Origin: Candidatus Binatota bacterium
Lineage (GTDB): Bacteria > Desulfobacterota > Binatia > UBA1149
Direction of reading: 5' to 3'
Length of the DNA: 64,000 nt
Assembly (NCBI GenBank): GCA_012960245.1
Contig: DUBO01000051.1
Location: 60,887 to 124,886, forward strand
A program made the translations under genes and the position numbers. Of the stretch, positions 10,201-19,000 are shown one piece after another; the stretch's first letter is position 1; the number at the start of each line of letters is the position of its first letter. The notes under the pieces were generated by a model. The model ran no database searches, had not been told where the DNA came from, and saw nothing but the letters and a program-made list of their open reading frames with translations.

Positions 10201-12509
10201 CGGACGTGTGTACCGATGACAGTTGCGATGCGTTTGCCGGTTGCACGAACAGCTTCAATGCGTCCGGCTGTAGCGACGGCAACGCCTGTACCACGGGTGA
10301 TACCTGCAACGCGGGTATCTGCGTTGGTGGACCGCCACCGGCTTGTGACGACGGCAACGTTTGTACCGCAGATCTTTGCGATAGCAGCGTGGGCTGCGTG
10401 TCGTTGCCTACGTCGGTGAGTTGTGACGACGCGGATCCTTGCACGATCGATGACTTCTGCGTCAACGCTGCCTGCGTGGGCTCCACGCCCCCGGACTGCA
10501 GCGACGGCAATGTCTGCACGGACGACAGTTGCGTGAGCGCGGCCGGTGGCTGTGTGAACCTGCCCAACTCGGCGCCCTGCGATGATGGCGATGCCTGCAC
10601 GACCAACGACACCTGCCAAGCCGGTGTCTGCGTGGGTGGCGCGGCGCCCGACTGCGACGATGTCAACGGTTGCACCGACGACACTTGTGACAGTGCAATC
10701 GGCTGCGTAAGCGCAAACAACACGGTGTCTTGTGAGGACGGCGAGTTTTGCACCGACGGCGACCAGTGTTCGGGTGGCTCCTGCCAGCCGGGTGCGGCCA
10801 GGGATTGCTCGGATGGCAACGCCTGCACGACAGACAGCTGCGATGACGCTGCCAACCAGTGCCAGCACGTGGCCGACGATGGCTTCTGCGATGACAGTAA
10901 CCCCTGCACGAACGATTTCTGTTCGACGGCAACGGGCTGCTTCTACCAGGATAACGGCTTTGCCTGCGACGACGGGGACGCCTGCACGACCATCGACACC
11001 TGCCAGGCCAGTGTGTGTGTGGGTAGCACGCCGCCCAACTGCGACGATGGAAACGGTTGCACCGACGACGTCTGCGACAGCGCGACGGGCTGTGCGAACA
11101 ATGACAACACTGCCCTTTGCAGCGACGGCGACGCCTGTACTACCGGCGATGCCTGCTCGGCGGGCAGCTGCTTTGGCGGCGCCGCGCCTGATTGCGACGA
11201 CGGTAACGTGTGCACGGCCGACACCTGCGACACAGCCCTGGGTTGTCAAAATACCAACGTAGCTGTCGCCTGCGACGACGGCGACGCCTGCACCACGACC
11301 GATACTTGCTCGGCCGGCGGTTGCGTGGGGGGTGCTGCCCCTGATTGTAACGACGCCAACGGCTGTACCGATGACGTCTGCAATAGCGCGACGGGTTGTT
11401 CCAATACTGACAACACCACGGCCTGTGACGATGGTGACGCTTGCACAACCGGTGATATTTGCGCGGCTGGTTCGTGTGCCGGTGTAGATACTTCGGCCCA
11501 GGATTGCGAAGACGGAAATTCCTGCACGCTGGACTTCTGCAACCCTGCGAGCGGTTGCGTGAACGCTGCTACGGCTGGTAGTTGCGACGACGGCGACGCC
11601 TGCACGGATGACGACCAATGTATCAACGGGTCCTGCTTAGGCGGAGGCGCGCATGATTGTGATGACGCCAACGGTTGCACCGACGACAGTTGCGACAGCG
11701 CGACTGGTTGTGCCAACAGCGACAACACGGCCGCCTGCGACGATGGCGACGCCTGCACCACGGCTGATACCTGTGCGGCGGGTAGCTGCGTGGGCGGGGT
11801 CGCGCCGGATTGCGACGATGGCAACGGTTGCACCGACGACACCTGCGACAGCACGAGTGGCTGCGCTTACTCTAACAACACAGCCACTTGCGATGACGGC
11901 GAACCGCTCACCCCGGTAGACCAGTGCATCGCCGGCCAGTGCGTGGGCAGTGGATTGCAGTGCCCCGTACAACCAGTGGCGGGTTGCCGACAGCCGGTCA
12001 AAATTGGCAAGGCCAGGCTGGCGCTCAAAAAGAATGCTGTGGTGACGGCCAAGGACCGCATGAAGTGGAAGTGGGCCAACGGGTCTGCCACCGCGGCCGC
12101 CGACTTTGGTGACCTCGTTGGTGGTAGCGGTGAAGGTCTCGCCATTTGCTTCTACGATGAAGTTGCCGGCCAGGCCTCGCTTGTGATGGACCAGCTGGTG
12201 CCCGCGGGTGGCAGCTGCGGCGGCAAGGATTGTTGGGTAGAAACACCCAGGGTCATTAAGTTCAATGATCGATCGGGCGCAGCCAGCGACGGGATAACGG
12301 CATTAACTATCAAGCCCGGCGCCGACGGCAAGGCCAAGATCAAGGTCAAAGGCTCTGGTACGCGACTGGGAGTGGGTTCGCTGCCCCTGTCGATGGACAC
12401 CAAGGCTACCATGCAGGTCATAGCCGAGCCTGGTAGTTGCTGGCAGGCCGATTACTCGTCAGCTGCCAAGAACACCGACGGGCAGTTCAAGGCCAAGAGT
12501 TCGAATTGA
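7263..12509 (+). CDS. Secreted di-heme cytochrome c peroxidase (CCP/MauG family) domain with large insertions, fused to CTDC-type Cys-rich repeats (about 10000-11930) and the shared C-terminal domain (about 11957-12509)
   Basis: A GGAGG RBS sits 8 nt upstream and the N-terminus looks like a signal peptide. Heme motif 1 ([23 protein letters not shown]) is at 7545-7559. Heme motif 2 (GLCVGCH) is at 8655-8669. The CCP signature [31 protein letters not shown] is at ~9640-9730. These are followed by ~25 CDDGxACT-type repeats. The C-terminal KWKWANG...CWQADY block is homologous to the C-terminus of the upstream gene. Confidence 0.85.
   Translation: [1748 protein letters not shown]
10000..11935 (+). 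repeat. CTDC-type Cys-rich coding tandem repeats in the peroxidase fusion gene
   Basis: Same repeat family as 1400-2575 and 3826-6475; some units are near-identical at the nucleotide level. Confidence 0.8.
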
Positions 12510-13042
12510 TGTCGAGTCTCCGGCTTGAAGAATATGCGAAGAAAGCCCTGCTCGGGGTAGCGGTAGCCATGATTTTGGCGGCTATCGCGACCCCTGGCCT
12601 GGCTGTCGCCTCCTCATCCGACTTGGACAAGTGCAAGTTAGCCATCGCGAAAGCCGACTCCAAGTACGTGGGCAAGTACACCAAGGCCTCGCGACGGTGC
12701 ATGGACGACGGGGGCTCTGCTTCTGCCTGTATGGGTAGTACTGGCGGTGACGCTCGCTTTGTGGCCGCAGTGGGCAAGGCTCAGTCGCGGGCGAACAAGC
12801 TGGTCCTGAAAAAATGCTCCGCCTGGGGGGCCGCTGAAAAGGTTCGCTACGACCTCGGCTACGGTTCCAGCTGCCCAGGCATCGCCCAGCCCGGTAACTG
12901 TGATTTCGAACTTTCGGGGCTCGATATGCAGGGGGAAGACAATGACCTGCTCGAGTGCCTGGGGTGTCTTCATTCTCACATGGCCGAATGTTTGACTGCT
13001 GCTGCCTACAATATCGCCGTGCCTGGAGGTCGTTGTTTCTGA
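12509..13042 (+). CDS. Small secreted Cys-containing domain protein (177 aa), paralogous to the N-terminal domain of the downstream multicopper-oxidase fusion
   Basis: The ATG overlaps the TGA stop of the peroxidase gene (TGATG), which implies translational coupling. There is a signal peptide (MSSLRLEEYAKKALLGVAVAMILAAIATPGLAVA). The conserved pattern KC..RC..SC..KCS..DLGY.S.CPG....CDF..G.D..GE.ND.L.CL.C matches residues ~50-170 of the 13068 protein. Confidence 0.6.
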   Translation: MSSLRLEEYAKKALLGVAVAMILAAIATPGLAVASSSDLDKCKLAIAKADSKYVGKYTKASRRCMDDGGSASACMGSTGGDARFVAAVGKAQSRANKLVLKKCSAWGAAEKVRYDLGYGSSCPGIAQPGNCDFELSGLDMQGEDNDLLECLGCLHSHMAECLTAAAYNIAVPGGRCF

Positions 13043-13067
13043 CCAGCAGAAGCAGCCGAAGTCCGCG

Positions 13068-16000
13068 ATGAACAATTCTCAACCATTTTATCTACCGGTC
13101 TTCAAGACGATTCGGACAGCGCTGTTATGTTCGGTGTTGATGCTGCTTGTTCCCTTGACGGCAGTGGGCGCCGAGCAACAGCAGGCAGGGGATAGATTTC
13201 CTTCTAATCCGCTAGGAGCCTGCAGCACCAAGCTTGCTGCAGGAGGAGACAAGCTGTTCAAAAAGGCGGCCAGGGCACTGCAAAGATGCCAGAAGGCCGA
13301 CATGTCGACCTCGTGTCTACTCAACAGGCCGGCGAGCGTAGCGGGCGAGCTGTCGGGCTACGCGACCAAGGCACGACGTTCGATGGCGGGCAAGTGTTCG
13401 CGTATTAATTATGATTTGGCTGGATACCCTTCCACCTGTCCGGGTTTCGGAGACGCTTGTGATTTTACCGTGGCTGGCTGGGATGTCACCGGCGAAAAGA
13501 ACGACATGCTTGACTGCCTGCTTTGCATGTACGACGCAGCAGCGAGGCGGAGCCTTGAACTGCAGGTCGTGGTACCGCGTTGCGGCGACGGCATGGACAA
13601 CAGGCTCGACGAAATTTGCGATGACGGTAACGATGACAGTAACGACGCCTGCCTCGGAGACTGCCGCGCGGCGAGCTGTGGTGACGGTTTTGTCTGGGCC
13701 GGCCAGGAGAGCTGCGACAACGGTGACGCTAACTCCGATACAGAGGCAGATGCCTGTCGCAGCGATTGCACCCCTGCGGTCTGCGGTGATGGGACGGTAG
13801 ACAGCGGCGAAGAATGCGATGACTCGGGTGAATCGGCCAGCTGCGACAGCGATTGCAGCCTGGCTGTCTGCGGTGACGGTACCGTAAATGCCTCGGCCGG
13901 CGAGACTTGTGACGACACGGGTGAATCGGCTAGCTGCAACAGCGACTGTACGGTGGCCTCCTGCGGTGACGGCACGACTAATGGCACGGCCGGCGAATCC
14001 TGTGATGACGGCAACGGGGATAACACCGACGCCTGTCTCAACGATTGTTCCCCAGCCTCCTGCGGTGACGGTTTCACATGGGCGGGCTCAGAAGACTGCG
14101 ACGACGGGAATGCCGACAACAATGATTCCTGCCTGGACAGTTGCACAGCGGCGACTTGCGGCGATGGTTTTGCCTGGGCGGGCACCGAAGAATGCGACGA
14201 CGGCAACGCCGACAACGGTGACTCCTGCCTGGATAGTTGCGTCACCGCGACCTGTGGCGACGGCTTTTTATTCTCGGGCAGCGAGCAGTGCGACGACGGA
14301 GCGGCCAACTCTGATACCGCGCCCGACACTTGCCGCTCTGATTGCGAACTGCCGAGCTGTGGTGACGGGGTAGCCGACAGTGCGGAGCAATGTGATGATG
14401 GTAACGCCGACGACAACGACTCCTGCCTCGGCTCCTGTGTCGATGCGTCCTGCGGCGACGGTCATACCTGGGCTGGAATAGAAGCTTGCGATGCGGCTGG
14501 CTATAGCGCTTCGTGCAACCTGGACTGCAGCGTCTCGGTGTGCGGTGACGGCAAGGCCAACCCGGCGGCGGGTGAGGCCTGCGACGCGGCGGGCGAGAGC
14601 GCGGTTTGTGACCTCGATTGTAGTCTTGCGTCCTGCGGTGATGGAACGATGAACACGACGGCAGGCGAGGCTTGCGACGCGGCGGGTGAGAGCACAACTT
14701 GTGATCTCGACTGCAGCCTTGCCTCCTGCGGTGACGGAACAACGAACGCCACGGCAGGCGAGACCTGCGACACGGAAGGCGAAAGCGCCTCCTGTAACGC
14801 CGACTGCAGTACTGCCGCCTGTGGTGACGGCAAGGTCAACAGCAGCGCGGGCGAACAGTGCGATGCGGCGGGAGAATCTGATTTATGCGACGGCGATTGC
14901 ACGGTGGCTGCCTGTGGCGACGGCACCACTAACGCTACTGCCGGCGAGGCCTGCGACGACGGTAACAACAGCAACGGCGATGGCTGTCTCGATAGCTGTG
15001 CCACGGCCAGCTGCGGCGATGGCTTCGTCTTCGCGGGCGAAGAAGCCTGCGACGATGGCAACTCTTCAAACGCTGATGCCTGCCTGGCTGATTGTGCGGT
15101 TGCGAGCTGCGGCGATGGCTTTGTCTTCGTCGGCCAGGAAGCCTGCGATGACGGCAATTCCGACAACGGTGACGCTTGCCTCGACAGCTGCGAGACGGCG
15201 TCCTGCGGCGACGGTTTTCTGTTCGTCGGCGGGGAAGAGTGCGACGATGGCAACAGCAGCGACACCGACTCCTGTAGCGCGGCCTGTGATTCACAACGCG
15301 TAATTTCAGCCGGCGTGGTAGCGCTGGACCAGGTGCTTACCTACAACCGCTGGGGTAGCCACCAGGCTGCGGGGATGATTTTTGCGCTCCGGCGCGACGT
15401 GGTCGACATGGCCGGTAACCCAATAGGGGAGGGCGGAGTGCCAGGCCAGGTAATGCTCAGGCCAGGCAAGCGCCCGCGCCCGCTGGTGCTCAGGGCCAAC
15501 GAGGGGGATGTTCTGCAGGTCCACTTTACAAACCTGCTGGCACCGGCCAGGCCCAACGCCAAGGGAACGACCACGAGGCTGGCTTCGATGATGGTAAACG
15601 GCACGCGTGTGCTGGGCAACACCCACGACCCGGTCGTGACCGGGCTCGAGGGAATCGCACCGGGGCAGTCTACCGACTACTCGTGGAAGGCCGGGCACGA
15701 GGGCACAAAGTTGTTCTACAGCCTCGCCGGACCGGCTGGCGGTGGTGGCGACGGTGGCCAGCTTTCGCTCGGACTTTTCGGAGCTTTAAACGTCGAGCCC
15801 GAGGGCAGCAGCTGGTATCGCAGCCAGGTGACAGCGGCAGAGTTGGCGACGGCGCGGTCCCAGGCCGAAGCACCTGCGCTGCTTAACTACGACGCGGTAG
15901 ACATTGCAGGAGTGCCGGTGCTGCGCATGCTCGACGACGCCGGTGAACTTGTGCACTCTGATCTCAACGCGATCATCGCCTACGACCAAGCAGCAGATAA

Positions 16001-19000
16001 CGTGCAGTCGACCTCCGAGGCCACTTTCAGGGAGTTCTCGGTAATCTTTCACGACGAGATCGAGCTGACCCAGGGATACCCCCAACTTGATAACGATGTA
16101 CTCAAGCCGGTGAGCGATTCTTTTGCCATCAATTACGGCTCCGAGGGCCTGGGCTCGCGCCTGCTGGCCAACCGCCTGGGCGAGGGGCCGGCTGCGAACT
16201 GCCTGGAGTGCCCCTACGAAGAGTTCTTCCTCGAGTCAGCCGTGAGCGGTGACCCGGCCCTGCTGAATGTTTTCGAGGATGATCCCTCCAACGTTCACCA
16301 CAGCTATATCAACGACAACGTAAAATTCCGCAACCTGCACGCGGGCCCGAGAGAAACGCATATCTTTCACCTGCACGCTCACCAGTGGCTGGCCAACGCG
16401 GGTGAGGGTATCGACGACAACTCGGTATACCTTGATTCGCAGGCAATAAGCCCGATGAGTAATTTCACCTACGAGATCCAGTACGGTGGCGCGGGCAACC
16501 GCAACAAGGTCGTCGGTGATTCAATTTTTCACTGCCATCTCTATCCCCACTTTGCCCAGGGCATGTGGGAGCTGTGGAGAGCACACGATGTACTGGAGGA
16601 TGGAACCCGTCGCCTGATGGACGGAGAACTGGGACCGGGAACAAACCCGCTCACCGGGGTGACGGTTGGCGGCACGCCCATACCCGCGCTTGTTCCAATG
16701 CCCGACTACGCGATGGCCCCCGATCCCAGCTACGGGCCGAACGCATTGCCCGGGTATCCTTTCTACATGGCGCAGGTCGCGGGCCACCGGGCTCCACAAG
16801 CACCGCTTGACGTGGCCAGCGACGGCGGACTGCCGCGACACGTGTTTACTGACGGCGGCCAGCGAAGCACGGGTGCGGGGGCTGCCAGTTTTGATTTCCA
16901 CGTCGACGTGCAGGTCGCCAACATACAGGTGCTGCCCCAGGAGGGAACGGCGCTTGAGCAGGCCGCGATGGCTTTTCACGCCAGCCCCGGTGTGACTACC
17001 ACCACCCCCGAGGGTGACGCAGCTTTCTTTGAACTGAACGGCTTGCCTTCCACCGCCGGTGCCCCTTACGCTGAGCCCTGTCCGCCCCTATGCGGCAGCG
17101 CCCAGCAGGGCGAGTACCAAGCAGCTTGCATGGACGGCTGCACGGGCAAACCCTGGGATCCCGAGTGCTCATTGCGTTGTGAAGACTGCACCACGGCCCA
17201 CCGCACCTACCACGTGTCGTACATAGAGCTCGACCTGTTGGCCAACGCGGCCGGCTGGCACGACCCACAGGGGCGCATAAACGTGCTCGACTCAGACGTT
17301 TCTCTCTACGAGGGACAAACGACCACGGCGGATCCGTTTTTCTTCAGGGCTAACTCGGGTGAGTGCGTCACGTTCAAGCACACCAACCGCGCGCCCAAGG
17401 AGTTTGACCTGGATGATTTCCAGGTGAGGACGCCCGCTGATGTGGTTGGCCAGCACATCCACCTTGTCAAGTTCGATGTGACAAGCTCCGATGGCTCGGG
17501 CAACGGGTGGAACTACGAAGACGGTACTTACTCTGCTGAAGCCATCGCCGAATGGACGGCGGCCAGCAATGCTCTCGGTGGGTCGGCCACCTCGGGATAC
17601 GACGCGGCGGGCAACCCCGTCAACGTGTGGGGCGACGGCGCAACCTCGGGGGTGCCCACGACGCTGACGGCCGACGGTGGCTTTCAGACCACCACGCAGA
17701 GGTGGTGGGCAGACCCCTTGCTCAATAAGCATGGCCAGGACCGCAGCATAAGAACGGTGTTTACCCACGATCACTTTTTTCCGTCTACCGGCCAGCAGCA
17801 CGGTTTTTACAACGCGCTCACCATAGAACCTGCCGGTTCGCAGTGGCTCACGCCCGACCTGACCGATGATCTTTCGCTGCCGCTCGACCCCGCCCGCGGT
17901 GTGGGTACGCAGGCATACATAATTGCCGCGGACAGCAAGACCTGCACGGTGAGCGGGGAGGCGGTAGCCGTTGAACCGTTGCCCTGCAACTCGGACGCCG
18001 ACTGCCCTGAAGAAGAATGGTGCATGAATATGGACCACCGTGAGTTCATGATGGCGGTGGCCGATCTTGCACTTCTTTATACGCCCCTGGGTGTGCCCAT
18101 AGGCGCGCCGGCCCAGCCAGAGGCCATATCGAGTAAGGGTGGAACAGACGTAGTAAACTACCGTAACGAACCTTTTGCCGGACGCGGCGGCCCTCATCCC
18201 GATGCCGATTTGGATACGCTGAACTCGGGTAACGGCGTACCTTCCGGCGCGTTCAGCTCCTGGGTAAACGGCGACCCCTTTACCGAGATATTCAAGGCCC
18301 GCGAGGGCGAACGAATGCAGGTGCGGCTTATACAGGGCGCACAACAGGCCCAGCACAGCTTCAACCTTCACGGCGGGTTGTGGCCCGAGGCCATAGACGA
18401 CTCTGGGTCCCCGATGGTTCAGGGCCAACCCATAGGTATATCCGAACACTTCGAGTGCGACATGGGCGTGGCTCCGCCGGTGACCGGCGGCGGCGTGGCC
18501 GATTACCTGTACCATTTCGGCGCCAATGATCATTTGAACGACGGAAGCTGGGGTCTCATTCGCGTGTTTGCTGACGGGCTTTCTTTTGATGCCAGCGACT
18601 CTGAACTCAGGTCGGCGCAACTGGCCGCCGCGGCTGCCGGCGAGCGCAACGACTGCCTTGAGGATTCACCCGCGCGCTTGTTCGAGGTCGAAGCCTGGCG
18701 GGCCGCCGACCTGCTGCCCGGCGGCCGGCTGGTGTACAACCAGCGCGAGGACATTTACGACCCCAACGCGCGTATCTTCTTGCTGGCCGAGGACCGGGCC
18801 GCACTGGCGGCGGGTACCAAGGCCGTCGAGCCGCTCGTGCTCAGGGCCAACTCCGGCGACTGCATCACGGTGTCGTTGACTAACCACATGCCAGACACCG
18901 AGGTATCGATGCATCCGCAGCGCGTGTCCTACGACGTACGCTATTCTGACGGTGCCAACGTGGGCTTGAACTTTCTCCAGACCGCTATGCCCGGTGAGAC

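Noticed and set aside
9854-11854. Antisense ORFs 10017..11618 (-), 9854..10909 (-) and 11246..11854 (-) within the peroxidase fusion gene
   Set aside because: Same artefact of the repeat array. The sense strand carries unmistakable CCP and Cys-repeat motifs.
13409-15265. Antisense ORFs 13409..14416 (-) and 14501..15265 (-) within the oxidase fusion gene
   Set aside because: They are antisense to the myxo-type repeat array, low-complexity (S/P/Q) and have no independent support.
17292-18620. 442-aa ORF on the minus strand inside the multicopper oxidase region
   Set aside because: The opposite strand carries the Cu-oxidase motifs. The ORF is Arg/Gly-rich with no recognisable domain, typical of high-GC antisense frames.
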